A stretch of DNA of 63,902 nucleotides, the filler included, from Myxococcota bacterium (GTDB lineage Bacteria; Myxococcota; Myxococcia; Myxococcales; Myxococcaceae), in assembly GCA_049322255.1 (NCBI GenBank). It is 3 parts of 3 records of this genome, joined end to end, with 100 filler letters (N's around TTAATTAATTAA, not from the genome) between each part and the next. Parts side by side here need not be neighbours in the genome. Positions count along the whole stretch, not along the records: positions 25,249 to 50,295 come from JBMORE010000057.1; 2 more parts are not named here. One strand, written 5' to 3'. The position numbers and the translations under genes are program-made. Shown one piece after another: positions 38,671 to 48,527 of the stretch (positions within the stretch are counted from its first letter, which is position 1; each line of letters opens with the position of its first letter). The notes below the pieces were generated by a model. It searched no databases and was not told the origin of the DNA. It saw only the letters and a list, made by a program, of their open reading frames with translations.

Positions 38671-39810
38671 TCAAGCGTTGATGGCACCGGTTTTGGTGGC
38701 GGGCGGGCGATCGAGCGGGTCTTCCACCTCGAGCTCGTCGTCGCGCCGGCGGCGATAGTAGTCGCGCACGTAAGACATCAGCTTGTCCAGGTAGGTGTGC
38801 AAAGGCGGGCAGCGAATGCCGGTGCCATCGAGGAGCTCGAGCGTGTTGTGGCAGTTGTAGATGGCCAGGTGGTTCACGTAGTTGATCGCCGCCCGCTGCG
38901 GGCGCGCGACCTTTTCCAGCACCGGTAGCCTCAGCATCACGTCGGCGGCCTTCGCTGAAAGGGTGAACTTGGGTAACCGCTTGTTCGCCTTCTCGGCGAT
39001 GAGCTCGTACACCCGGCGTGCGCTCATCGGGTTGGGGTCGACCAGGTGCACCGTGCGTCCGGCGCCGGCGGGGTTACGCGAGATGCTCCACACCGCCTCC
39101 ACCACGTAGTCCACCGGTACCACGTTGAGGGGCGCCACTCCGTTGCCGGGCAAAGGCAGGGGCATCACCAAAGGCGACATCACCAGGAGGATGCCCAGGT
39201 AGTAGGGCCCCTCGAAGCGATCGATCTCTCCGGTGCGCGAGTCGCCCACCACCGAGGAGGGCCGGAAGATGGTGATCGGCAGCGTGGCGGCGGCACGGCG
39301 AACCAGCTTCTCTGCTTCGGCCTTCGTCTCCTCGTAGGCGTTACGAAACGTCTGCCCGCACCAAAGCTCGTCCTCGGCGACGACGCCTACCCGGTCGCCC
39401 GACACGTAGCAGGTGGAGAAATGGCTCAACCGCCGCAAACCGCCACAGTCGCGCGCCAACTCGAGCACGTTACGAGTCCCGTCGACGTTCACCCTCCAGG
39501 CGGTCTCCTTCGGCATGCCCAAGTACGAGATGGCAGCGAGGTGGAAGATGTCGGTCACGCTGTCGCACAGCCGCTGGTACTCGTTGCCGGAGAGCCCCAA
39601 ATGCATGTCGACGATGTCCCCCGAGAGGACCTCGATCGGCGCGCCCCTGATGCGGTCGACGTACTTGTGCGCCTCTTTGAGAAACTTGGGCTGCACGAGC
39701 AGATACACGCGGCCCTGGGGGTCGTGGGTGGCGATGTGCTGCACCAGCCGCTTGCCGATGAAGCCGGGGAAGCCGGTGACGAAGTAAATGCCGGGCGAGG
39801 GGGCGCTCAT
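38671..39810 (-). CDS. Extended SDR / male-sterility-type NAD(P)-dependent reductase
   Basis: TGFPGFIG, FHLAA, NVDGT, STCYV, YEETK. Confidence 0.85.
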   Translation of the reverse strand: MSAPSPGIYFVTGFPGFIGKRLVQHIATHDPQGRVYLLVQPKFLKEAHKYVDRIRGAPIEVLSGDIVDMHLGLSGNEYQRLCDSVTDIFHLAAISYLGMPKETAWRVNVDGTRNVLELARDCGGLRRLSHFSTCYVSGDRVGVVAEDELWCGQTFRNAYEETKAEAEKLVRRAAATLPITIFRPSSVVGDSRTGEIDRFEGPYYLGILLVMSPLVMPLPLPGNGVAPLNVVPVDYVVEAVWSISRNPAGAGRTVHLVDPNPMSARRVYELIAEKANKRLPKFTLSAKAADVMLRLPVLEKVARPQRAAINYVNHLAIYNCHNTLELLDGTGIRCPPLHTYLDKLMSYVRDYYRRRRDDELEVEDPLDRPPATKTGAINA

Positions 39811-40406
39811 GCCGCGCCGAGCATAATCTCTTTCCACACACGCTCCACCTGGGCGCGGGTCGATTCGACGCTGCCCGAGTTGTCGATGAGCCAGGTGGCC
39901 AAGCGCTCCTTTTGGTCGAGGGGCAGCTGCGCGGCGAGGCGCTCCTCGGCGGCGGCGCGCGACAAGCCGTCGCGGGCCATCAGCCGTGCCAGCTGCACCT
40001 TTCGCGGCACGGTGACCACGATGACGCCGTTCATCGATTCGTGGAGGCCGTTCTCGATGAGCAGCGCCGCGTCGTAGACGACCACCGGCACGCCCGCCTC
40101 GGCGAGGCGCCGCGTGTGCTCGAGAAACGCCTGCTGAATGCGCGGATGCAAAAGAGCGTTGAGCGCCGCACGCTCGCCCACGTCGCCGAAAATCCGCTCT
40201 CCCAGCTTTTGGCGATCGAGCCGTCCGTCGGGGCCGACGACGCCGGGGAAGCGGGCGGCGAGCTCCATGAGCGCCGGCTGGCCGGGCTCGACCACTTCAC
40301 GTGCCACCAAATCGGCGTCGATGACGTGCGCGCCCAGCCCGCGCAGCATCGCGCTCACCGTGCTCTTGCCCGAGGCAATACCTCCGGTCAGCCCAATCAG
40401 TCGCAC
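39807..40406 (-). CDS. coaE: Dephospho-CoA kinase
   Basis: IGLTGGIASGKSTV, IDAD, LDR, HP.I. Confidence 0.96.
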   Translation of the reverse strand: MRLIGLTGGIASGKSTVSAMLRGLGAHVIDADLVAREVVEPGQPALMELAARFPGVVGPDGRLDRQKLGERIFGDVGERAALNALLHPRIQQAFLEHTRRLAEAGVPVVVYDAALLIENGLHESMNGVIVVTVPRKVQLARLMARDGLSRAAAEERLAAQLPLDQKERLATWLIDNSGSVESTRAQVERVWKEIMLGAA

Positions 40407-40408
40407 GT

Positions 40409-40870
40409 TCAGGTCTTGCTCGGCTGAAAGACGATCGACTGCACCGTCTGGCCGTCTTTTTGGAAGAACACCACCAAGCCGATCTGCACGTAGTGGAAGT
40501 AAGTGCGCTGATCGGGGGTGGTCTTCTTCACGTAACAGGGGGTCTTGGGCTTTGGGCCGTCGGGGCAGGCGCCGCCGTAGCTTTCTTCGATCGCCTCCCG
40601 ATCGACGGTGGTGCTGGGGAAAACGTCGATCCGCGCCACTTTCTGGGTGGCGGTGTCTACCCGGAATTGGGCCTGTGTGGTTCCGCGAATCGCCTTCGCC
40701 TTGGAGTAGGCGAGCGTCTCGCGTCCCTCGGCGCTCACGACCTTCGAGGGCTCGCCGAACTTCTTCACCACGTCATGTCGGGTGGAAACGCCGGGCTCGA
40801 TTCCGTTCCAGGCCCTGGCCCAAGAAGGGCCGCAGGCGAGCAAGAAGAAGAAAAGGGCGAGCGGTCGCAT
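40409..40870 (-). CDS. Secreted hypothetical protein
   Basis: Signal peptide; GIEPGVSTRHDVVKKFGEP. Confidence 0.75.
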   Translation of the reverse strand: MRPLALFFFLLACGPSWARAWNGIEPGVSTRHDVVKKFGEPSKVVSAEGRETLAYSKAKAIRGTTQAQFRVDTATQKVARIDVFPSTTVDREAIEESYGGACPDGPKPKTPCYVKKTTPDQRTYFHYVQIGLVVFFQKDGQTVQSIVFQPSKT

Positions 40871-40978
40871 CGGTGTTTTGCGTTCCTATCGGAAGCAGGG
40901 GCGGTGTCTCAAGCAGAGGGACTGGTCGGAGTTCTAGCTTGCCGGTCCAGGCGACGCCTTGTAATCCTGCCCGCCTTG

Positions 40979-41473
40979 ATGCGGCCCGTCACCCGCTGGT
41001 TGCTCCTGACCTCCTTCGCCTGCTCGGCGGGAGCGTCGGCCTACGACTTCGTGGGCGCCGAGGCCTGCAAGGCTTGCCACCCAGATGCCTATGCAGCTTG
41101 GAAGTCGGCCAAGCACTCGCGCGCAAAGGATTCGCTTTCTTTGCAGCAGCAAAGGGACGCGCGCTGCTTGTCGTGTCACTCGCCCGACGAAGGTCAGTCG
41201 GGCGTCGCTCACGTGTCCTGCGAAACCTGTCACGGAGGCGGGCAGCATTACGCCACGCGCTACGTGATGAAGGACTCGGAGCTCGTGCGCCTGGTGGGCC
41301 TCGTCGACCCGTCGGAAAAGGCCTGTCGCACCTGTCACGACGCCTCCTCGCCCTCGCTCAAGCCGTTCGACTTCGTGGAGAAGCTCAAGCTCATCGACCA
41401 CTGGACGGTGGAGCGGCAGAAGCGGGCAGCGAGCGCGGCCAAGGCCGCCGACGGCAAGAAGCGCGCTCCGTGA
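40979..41473 (+). CDS. Tetraheme cytochrome c (c554/c552-like)
   Basis: Signal peptide; CKACH, CLSCH, CETCH, CRTCH; overlaps the engB start. Confidence 0.88.
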   Translation: MRPVTRWLLLTSFACSAGASAYDFVGAEACKACHPDAYAAWKSAKHSRAKDSLSLQQQRDARCLSCHSPDEGQSGVAHVSCETCHGGGQHYATRYVMKDSELVRLVGLVDPSEKACRTCHDASSPSLKPFDFVEKLKLIDHWTVERQKRAASAAKAADGKKRAP

Positions 41474-42081
41474 TCCAAGTGCTCGACGCGCAGTTCGTCA
41501 CCACCGCGGTCGCCCCCGAGCAGTACCCGAAGGGTGACCTCCCGGAAGTGGCCTTCGTGGGGCGCTCGAACGTCGGCAAGTCGTCGATGATCAACGCGCT
41601 CGCTGGCCGAAGAAAGCTGGTGCGAGTGTCGAACACTCCAGGCCGCACGCGCACGCTCAACTTCTTCGACGTCCAGCTCGCCAAAGACACGGAGCGCTAC
41701 CGGGTGCGCGTCGCCGACCTGCCCGGCTACGGCTTCGCCAAGGCGTCGAAGGCCGAGCGCGCCGCGTGGAAGGAGATGATCTCCACCTATCTGGAGAAGC
41801 GCCGTTCACTTCAAGTGGTGGTGAGCATCATCGACGCTGAAGTGGGGCCGCAGCCTGATGATTTTCGGACCCTCGACTATCTCGCCGCCAAGGCGCGGCG
41901 CATTCTGGTGGTGGCGACGAAGATCGATCGCCTTCCCAAGGCGAAGCGTAAGCCGCGGCTTCAAGCGCTGGCCGCACGGCTCGAGCTGCCCTTGGCTTCG
42001 GTGCTGCCGTTCAGCGCCACCGAACGCCTCGGAGTCGACGAGGTGTGGGAGACGCTCCTTCCCGCTTTGGGCGCGGGCTAG
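41470..42081 (+). CDS. engB: Ribosome biogenesis GTPase YihA/YsxC
   Basis: GRSNVGKSS, PGRT, DLPGYG, TKID. Confidence 0.95.
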   Translation: MIQVLDAQFVTTAVAPEQYPKGDLPEVAFVGRSNVGKSSMINALAGRRKLVRVSNTPGRTRTLNFFDVQLAKDTERYRVRVADLPGYGFAKASKAERAAWKEMISTYLEKRRSLQVVVSIIDAEVGPQPDDFRTLDYLAAKARRILVVATKIDRLPKAKRKPRLQALAARLELPLASVLPFSATERLGVDEVWETLLPALGAG

Positions 42082-42121
42082 GGCTTGCCCTTTGGCGCCG
42101 GCGCCGCTACGCACGCGTTCG

Positions 42122-43744
42122 TTGACTTCCGGAAACGGCCAAGACCGTCAAGCCGCCCGCTCCGAGCTGGTGCGCAGGCTCGCACAGCTGTCGCCCAAGG
42201 AACGGGTCGAGATGCTGCTTGCCCAGGAGGACGCCAGGGCGATGGTGCGCGCCATTCCTACCGAGGATTTGTACATGACGATCGCCGACGTCGGCCTGCA
42301 CGATGCGGCGGAGCTCGTCCAGCTCTCGTCACCGCAGCAGTTCCAAGCTTTCGTCGATCTCGCCGCGTGGAAGCGCGACCGCATCAACCTCAAGGAGGTT
42401 CTCGGCTGGGTGCACGCCGCCCGCGGGGAGGACGCGCAGGAGCTCTTGGCCAAGCTCCACCAGCTCGACCTGGAGGTGCTCGAGCTCGTTCTGCGCTCGC
42501 TCCTCGTCGTGCATGACCTCGAGGAAAACCCCGACGTTCACCCCGCAGGGGCGACCCTGGAGACGGCCGAGGGAAAGTATTTGATCGAGTTTCTCGTCGA
42601 AGGGGTGGAGCTCGCGGTGCTGCGCCAGCTGGTGCAAGACCTCATCGCCGAAAACCCGTTCGAGGCCACCCGCCTCTTCGAGGCCGCGCGCTGGGAGCTG
42701 CCCAGCGAATTGGAGGAAAGCGCCTACCGGTTCCGATCGGCGCGCTTGGCAGACTTGGGCTTCCCCGAGCTGCACGAGGCGGTCTCGGTGTTCACCTATC
42801 TCGACCCCGACCGGCTGGTGACCCTGAAAAGCGCCTCCGAGGGCCTGCGACCCCCGTCGCAGCGCATCGATTTCGTGGAGGCGGGGTTCAAGGGTCTGGC
42901 CAAAGAGGAGTACGACCAAGTCGAGCAGGAGATTCGCTACCTGGTCAATTCGGCGCTGGTCGCCGAGGGCGCCGAGCCGGGCGATCCGCGGGCGGTACGG
43001 CGCGTGAGCGAGCTGGCACGCGACTACTTGTCGCTGGGCCTCGAGCACCTCACGGGCGCGGACCCTTCACGCGCTGCCGAGGTGCTGCGAGAGCACCATC
43101 TCAAGAAAGTATTCCAAGCGGGCTTCTCCTTGACACTGCGGCTCAAGTTCGAGGTCGAACGCCTGGCCAAGGAACCTCTGGCCAAGCTGGATGGCACATG
43201 GCTCCTCTTGCCCGAGGAGGCGGAAGGGGTGCGCGCGCTCGCGCTCAAGCGACCCTTGCGAGCGCTCAAAGTGCCGGGGGCCGAGCCGGTGCCGTTCCGG
43301 TCACGCCGCGAGCTCGCCGAGGCACGCGCGCTCCTCGAGGGCGCGGGCTCTCAGCGGGAGGTCTTCTCCACGCTCCTGGGCGGTTCGGCTCAGAACGCCA
43401 AAGCCGTGCTGGCCCGCTTCGGGGCGTCGATCTCCGAGCTGGGCCCTGACCGCCTCTTTCGCGCCGCGGTGGCATGGGCGGTGCTCGATGGGGTGGCCGA
43501 GGCGCGACCGGTTCCAGAGAGCCGCGTCGTCGAGCTCGCCGAGCGTTGCATCGAGGGGAGCGCGCACGCGCCAAAGGTGCGCGCGTCGGCGGTCGAGCGC
43601 GCGACGAAAGCCTTGCCGGCCGGCGCCCGTTCGATGGTCGACAGGGAGCTAGGCCGAATGGCCCAAGAATGGGGGCCTGCCTACCTGACCGAGGGCCGCG
43701 TCGCCCTTCCCGTGGCGTCAGTCCTCGTGCCGTTCGCCCCTTGA
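42122..43744 (+). CDS. Conserved hypothetical protein (DUF6178-like)
   Basis: Long GC3-rich ORF; AYRFRSARLADLGFP; start codon uncertain (TTG). Confidence 0.7.
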   Translation: MTSGNGQDRQAARSELVRRLAQLSPKERVEMLLAQEDARAMVRAIPTEDLYMTIADVGLHDAAELVQLSSPQQFQAFVDLAAWKRDRINLKEVLGWVHAARGEDAQELLAKLHQLDLEVLELVLRSLLVVHDLEENPDVHPAGATLETAEGKYLIEFLVEGVELAVLRQLVQDLIAENPFEATRLFEAARWELPSELEESAYRFRSARLADLGFPELHEAVSVFTYLDPDRLVTLKSASEGLRPPSQRIDFVEAGFKGLAKEEYDQVEQEIRYLVNSALVAEGAEPGDPRAVRRVSELARDYLSLGLEHLTGADPSRAAEVLREHHLKKVFQAGFSLTLRLKFEVERLAKEPLAKLDGTWLLLPEEAEGVRALALKRPLRALKVPGAEPVPFRSRRELAEARALLEGAGSQREVFSTLLGGSAQNAKAVLARFGASISELGPDRLFRAAVAWAVLDGVAEARPVPESRVVELAERCIEGSAHAPKVRASAVERATKALPAGARSMVDRELGRMAQEWGPAYLTEGRVALPVASVLVPFAP

Positions 43745-43815
43745 AGGGCCTGTAACCCCTTCCGCCTGTTCCTCCTCCTGACGCCACAACCCCGGAGGAA
43801 GCGGTGGATTCAGGG

Positions 43816-43831
43816 TGGCACAAGCCCTGCT
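43816..43831 (+). promoter_or_regulatory. Sigma54 -24/-12 promoter
   Basis: TGGCACAAGCCCTGCT, correct spacing, intergenic, 30 nt before the GTG. Confidence 0.65.
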
Positions 43832-43860
43832 TCGCCGTGCCTAGGACGAGGAGAGATGGT

Positions 43861-45114
43861 GTGGAGCAGACAGCGCGTACTCAAGACGCCTGGGCGTTCG
43901 GCGCCCTCATGCTGTTCGTGGTAGCGATGTACGCCGTCCCCGGAGAGTGGATTCCCGGGGCGGACAAGCTGCGCATCGCCCTGGTGACCTCGAGCCTCGC
44001 CGCCGCGTTGGTGGTGCTGCGCCGCCTGGGAAAGCTCGAGCCGGTCTACCTCGACGGCGTGCGCGGGCTGGCGCTCATCGGGTTTGCCGCCCTCGCATCA
44101 GGGTCGATTCTCTGGTCCATTCACCCTGAGGAGTCGCGCACCACCGCGATTGGCATCGTCAAGCTGGTGGCCATCTACCTGACGATGGTCAACGTGCTCA
44201 CCACCTGGCGGCGTGTCGTTTGGGTGTGCGGCGCGCTCGTCGCGGGCTCGATCGTCACTTCGATTGGCGTCATTCATTGGCATCACGCCGGTGTGGACCT
44301 GGTGGAGGGCTACCGCGCGCGCTGGGTGGGTGTGTACGCCGACCCCAACCACATGGCGATGGACCTCGGGCTGGTGGTGCCCCTCGCCTTGGCGTTTCTC
44401 GCGCGACGGCAGACGCCGGCGGTGTTTCGCGTCGTGAGCGCTTTGGCCGCCGCGCTGGCGGTGGTGGCCATCGTCCTCAGCCACTCCCGGGGAGGCTTCA
44501 TCGGCCTGGCCGTCGCAGTCGTCCTCTGGGCGGCGCGCGAGAAGCAGCGGGTGCGATCGTTCTTCATCGGCCTCGCCTTCGTCCTCGCGTTGCTCGCCTT
44601 CGCTCCGGAAAGCTTTTGGCGCCGCACCAGCACCGTCGCGACCTTCGAGGACGACGTCTCGGCGCTCGGGCGCGTTCACGCCTGGCAGGTCGCCAAGGAC
44701 ATCAACGTCGAGCGTCCCTTGCTCGGCGTCGGAGCGGGGGCGTTTCGCTTCGCTTGGCCGATGTACGCGCCGCCCGAGGCCCGGCGTGCCTACGTGGCGC
44801 ACAACGTTTTTCTCGACGTCATCGGTGAGCTGGGGCTGGTGGGACTGTTTCTCTTCCTCGTCTTTGCGGGAGGCGCCTCGGGCGGTGCCTTCGCCGCGAG
44901 CACCGACCCCACGCACGGTTGGCTCGCGCGAGCAATCGCCGCTGCCATCGCCGGCTACTTGGTGTGCGACCTGTTCTCCGGCTACATCCTCTCCTCGCAC
45001 CTATACGTGTTCTTCGGCCTGGGGGCGTGCGTCGACCGCCTGGCGCATGCAGTGAGAGCTTGCGCCAGCTGGCCTTCGGCGAACGCCACGGAAGCATCGC
45101 TCGCACGGGGGTAG
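43861..45114 (+). CDS. exoJ: Wzy/O-antigen ligase family polymerase, spore-coat ExoJ-like
   Basis: DPNHMA, SHSRGG, PLLGVG, AHNVFL; GAGGAG RBS; paired with a GT4 in the aglU-dnaK block as recalled for M. xanthus. Confidence 0.65.
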   Translation: MEQTARTQDAWAFGALMLFVVAMYAVPGEWIPGADKLRIALVTSSLAAALVVLRRLGKLEPVYLDGVRGLALIGFAALASGSILWSIHPEESRTTAIGIVKLVAIYLTMVNVLTTWRRVVWVCGALVAGSIVTSIGVIHWHHAGVDLVEGYRARWVGVYADPNHMAMDLGLVVPLALAFLARRQTPAVFRVVSALAAALAVVAIVLSHSRGGFIGLAVAVVLWAAREKQRVRSFFIGLAFVLALLAFAPESFWRRTSTVATFEDDVSALGRVHAWQVAKDINVERPLLGVGAGAFRFAWPMYAPPEARRAYVAHNVFLDVIGELGLVGLFLFLVFAGGASGGAFAASTDPTHGWLARAIAAAIAGYLVCDLFSGYILSSHLYVFFGLGACVDRLAHAVRACASWPSANATEASLARG

Positions 45115-45116
45115 GC

Positions 45117-46256
45117 ATGCCGGCGAATGCCGACAGGGCGCCTCGCATTCGTCTGCTGGAGGTCACCAAGGCTTTCTATATCGGGGGCACCGAGGTGCAG
45201 GTGCTCGAGCTTCTGCGTGGTTTGCCCCGCCATTACCAGCTGGAGGTGGCGGTGCTCGAGCAGATCGGCCCTCTGTGTGAGGAGGTATGGGGGCTCGGCC
45301 TTCTCCCCAGAGAATTCCCGTTGGGCCGTTCGTTTCTTTCGCCCACCGGCGTGCTTCAGGTGGCGCGCCTCGCGGCACATCTCAAAGCGTCGGGCACCCA
45401 CCTCGTCCACGCACACGACTTCTACTCGACGCTGCTCGCCGTGCCAGCGGCGAAGCTCGCGGGGGTGAAAGTCATCGTCGGACGACTCGACCTGTTGCAT
45501 TGGCACGGCCCGGCCCGTGCCCGTGCGCTGGCGGCGCTCACGCGGCTCGCCGACGGGGTGGTGGCCAACGCCGAAGCCGTGCGGCGACATCTGCTCGAGC
45601 GCGAGCGTCTTCCGGAAGAGAAGATTGCTCTCATTCGCAATGGAATCGACCTCGCCCGGTTCGACGCCCGGCGAGGCGAGCTCGAAGCTCCGCTCCCCAA
45701 CACCGGTGGGGCGCCGCTGGTGGTGCACCTGGCGAACATGAGCCACCCGGTGAAGCGACAAGAGGACTTGCTGCGGGCCTTGGCGCTGGCGAGGAAGAAG
45801 GTGGGCGAGGTTCACGCCTTCTTCGTTGGCGATGGGTACCGCCGCCGCGAGCTTCAAGCGCTCGCCACCGCGCTCGATCTCGAGGAGAGCGCGCACTTCC
45901 TCGGCTTTCGAAAGGACACGCCGGCGATTCTCTCGCGAGGCACCTTGGGGGTGCTGTGCTCGAGCAAGGAGGGGCTCTCCAACGCCGTGATCGAGGGCAT
46001 GGCCGCGCGGTTGCCGATGGTCGTCACCGACGTCGGCGGCAACCCCGAGCTGGTGGCCCACGGTGAGCGCGGGCTGGTGGTTCCTCCCCAGCGGCCGCAA
46101 GAGCTCGCCGACGCCATCGTGTCGATCATCGCGAATCGCGCCGCCGCGCGCGCCCTGGGCGATGCGGGGCGTGCCTTCGTCGAAAAGGAATTGACGCTCG
46201 ACCAGTTGATCTCGCGCCACGATCAGTTGTACCGCGCGATCGCGCGAGAAATCTGA
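45117..46256 (+). CDS. exoK: GT4 glycosyltransferase, ExoK-like
   Basis: GGTE, HAH, NGID, EGLSNAVIE, TDVGG. Confidence 0.65.
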   Translation: MPANADRAPRIRLLEVTKAFYIGGTEVQVLELLRGLPRHYQLEVAVLEQIGPLCEEVWGLGLLPREFPLGRSFLSPTGVLQVARLAAHLKASGTHLVHAHDFYSTLLAVPAAKLAGVKVIVGRLDLLHWHGPARARALAALTRLADGVVANAEAVRRHLLERERLPEEKIALIRNGIDLARFDARRGELEAPLPNTGGAPLVVHLANMSHPVKRQEDLLRALALARKKVGEVHAFFVGDGYRRRELQALATALDLEESAHFLGFRKDTPAILSRGTLGVLCSSKEGLSNAVIEGMAARLPMVVTDVGGNPELVAHGERGLVVPPQRPQELADAIVSIIANRAAARALGDAGRAFVEKELTLDQLISRHDQLYRAIAREI

Positions 46257-46345
46257 GCCCGCGCAGCTCGCCACCCAATCGATTCCGGTGTAACTTTCGG
46301 ATCGTTGGTGGTCCAGCGAATGATCTCCTGCAAGATTGGTCGGCT

Positions 46346-47488
46346 CTACCGGTGGTTCTCGCGGATTCCGGAGCGAGCCTCGATCGCTCCTGCCGGGCCT
46401 TCGCTGACCTTGGTGGTGGACAGGGGCAGCGAGCCAGGTGAGGCGTCGACTCCCACCGCGTCGGAGACGGCGCGAAAGCCATCGCGCCGCAACAAGTCGG
46501 AGAGGCCCGTCAAGATCCGGCGCACCAGCGGCGGCCCCTCGTAGACGAGCGACGTGTAGAGCTGGATCAACGACGCGCCGGCGCGAATCTTTTCGTAAGC
46601 ATCTTCGGCGGTGAAGACGCCCCCGACTCCGATGATCGCCAGCCGCCCGCGAGCGCGTGCGTATGCGCGGCGAACGACCTCGTTGGCCAGCGGGCGAAGG
46701 GGAGCGCCCGACAAGCCGCCCGGCTCGGGAGCGAGTGGGTCGACCATCGGCCGGGTGATGGTGGTGTTGGTGGCGATCAGCCCATCGACGCCGCAGGCGA
46801 GGGCGACGTCGACGATCGCATCGACCGCTTCCGGCCCGAGGTCGGGAGCGATCTTGAGGAAGAGCGGCCGCTGGGTGCGCTGCCGCAGCGCGCGCAACAG
46901 GCGTTCCAGCGCCTCCGGCTCTTGCAGCTCGCGTAGCCCCGGAGTGTTGGGGGAGCTCGCGTTGACCGCCAGGTAGTCGCCCAGCGGTTCGAGCATGTCG
47001 ACGGCGGCGACGTAGTCGTCCAGCGCGTGGTGGTTGGGCGTGTCCTTGTTCTTGCCCACGTTGATGCCCAAAGGCGCGGGTCGCCAAGCAAGCTCACGCA
47101 GCCGCCCGGCCATGGCCGCCATGCCCCGGTTGTTGAAGCCCATGCGGTTGATGAGCGCGCGGTGCTCGGGCAGACGAAACAGGCGTGGGCGTGGGTTGCC
47201 GGGTTGGGGTCTGGGCGTCACCGTGCCCACCTCGACGAAGCCGAAGCCGAGGGCGAAGAAGGCCGGCAGCGCCTCGGCGTCTTTGTCGAGCCCGGCGGCG
47301 AGCCCGAGCGGGTTGGGAAAGTGAAGCCCGGCGACAGAGCTGGAGAGGTCGACTCCGCGCAGCGCCCGGCGCCGAAGATGGCGACACAGGCCGAGCGCTC
47401 CCTCCAAGAGCGACAAAACCCACAGCACCAAGCGGTGCGCCGCCTCGGCGGGGAGGAGGAAGAGGAGCGGGCGGACCCAACGGTACAT
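46346..47488 (-). CDS. pyrD: Quinone-dependent dihydroorotate dehydrogenase
   Basis: GLAAGLDK, INRMGFNN, SSPNTPGLR, KIAPDL, TNTT, GGLSG. Confidence 0.95.
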   Translation of the reverse strand: MYRWVRPLLFLLPAEAAHRLVLWVLSLLEGALGLCRHLRRRALRGVDLSSSVAGLHFPNPLGLAAGLDKDAEALPAFFALGFGFVEVGTVTPRPQPGNPRPRLFRLPEHRALINRMGFNNRGMAAMAGRLRELAWRPAPLGINVGKNKDTPNHHALDDYVAAVDMLEPLGDYLAVNASSPNTPGLRELQEPEALERLLRALRQRTQRPLFLKIAPDLGPEAVDAIVDVALACGVDGLIATNTTITRPMVDPLAPEPGGLSGAPLRPLANEVVRRAYARARGRLAIIGVGGVFTAEDAYEKIRAGASLIQLYTSLVYEGPPLVRRILTGLSDLLRRDGFRAVSDAVGVDASPGSLPLSTTKVSEGPAGAIEARSGIRENHR

Positions 47489-47492
47489 CGCT

Positions 47493-48488
47493 TCAAGCCG
47501 GAATGAAGGAGTGCTGGCGCGCCCACTCGAGAGTCTGGTCGACCTGCGCCGCGGTGAGAATGCCGTTGCGCTCGACCAGCTCCACCTCGCGCTGCATGTC
47601 GGTTTCGAGGAGGTAAGGACCGTCGGTGTTGAGGGTGAGCTTCACTCCGCGGTCCCAGAGCGTCTTGATGATGTGCCCGAGCTCCGCGAGATTTTCCACC
47701 GCGTGGGTATGAAGGTTGGAGGTGGGGCACAGCTCGAGCACCACGTCGCGTTCCTTGAGGAGCTTCATCGCGGCCTCGTCGTAGGCCGCGCGAATGCCAT
47801 GGCCGATGCGGTGCGGCTTGAGCCGCTCGATGACGGCGACGACCCCGTCGGCCCCGGTGCCCGCGGTTTCACCGGTGTGCACCGTCGTCTTCAACCTGGC
47901 TCGCCGGGCCCGGTCGAAGAGGTCTTCGTATTTGCCCACCAGCTCGGGAGAAAGCTCGAGGGCGTTCTTCTCGGTGCCGGCCAGGTCGATGCCGTACACG
48001 CCGCGGTTGCGGTACCGAATCGCCTTCTCGAGGATGATGCTGTTGAGCCGATGATCGAACTCGCGGGCCAGGCAGAAGATGAGACAGGCCTTGACGCCGT
48101 ATTCGAGCACCGCCTTGTCCATGCCCCGCAGGGCGGCGTGAATGATGTGGTCGAGGTCGAGCTCGGAATTGAGGTTGCGCTTCATCGGGTTGAAGCGCAG
48201 CTCGATCTGGCTGACCCGGCTGCCGCGGTACTCCTTGCCGATGACCTCGTAAACGCTGCGCTCGATCGCCGCCGGAGAGCTCTGAATCTTCTCCGTCCAG
48301 GTGTGCATGATCTTCAAGTAGTCCTCGAGGTTGGTCACCTTGTCCGGTCGGGCGGTGATCAACTCGACGAACTCGAAGTAGTTCTTCACCGGCAGCTTGA
48401 AGCCTTGCTGGTGGGCGATCGACCACAAGATGTGGGGTGCCACCGCGCCGCCGACGTGAATGTGCAGGTCGATGAGCTCGCGGGCCAT
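47493..48488 (-). CDS. Adenosine/adenine deaminase family protein
   Basis: DLHIH, HTGE, RIGHG, CPTSN, NTD. Confidence 0.88.
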   Translation of the reverse strand: MARELIDLHIHVGGAVAPHILWSIAHQQGFKLPVKNYFEFVELITARPDKVTNLEDYLKIMHTWTEKIQSSPAAIERSVYEVIGKEYRGSRVSQIELRFNPMKRNLNSELDLDHIIHAALRGMDKAVLEYGVKACLIFCLAREFDHRLNSIILEKAIRYRNRGVYGIDLAGTEKNALELSPELVGKYEDLFDRARRARLKTTVHTGETAGTGADGVVAVIERLKPHRIGHGIRAAYDEAAMKLLKERDVVLELCPTSNLHTHAVENLAELGHIIKTLWDRGVKLTLNTDGPYLLETDMQREVELVERNGILTAAQVDQTLEWARQHSFIPA

Positions 48489-48527
48489 GGCGCAAATTGG
48501 CACGGCGCCTTGCCCGCATCAACGCCT

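Noticed and set aside
46346..46450. C-terminal extension of PyrD
   Set aside because: Low-information tail beyond the conserved end; probably a drifted stop codon
48498..48513. TGGCACGGCGCCTTGC sigma54-like site
   Set aside because: GG-GC spacing is one base too long and it is on the opposite strand to the flanking genes
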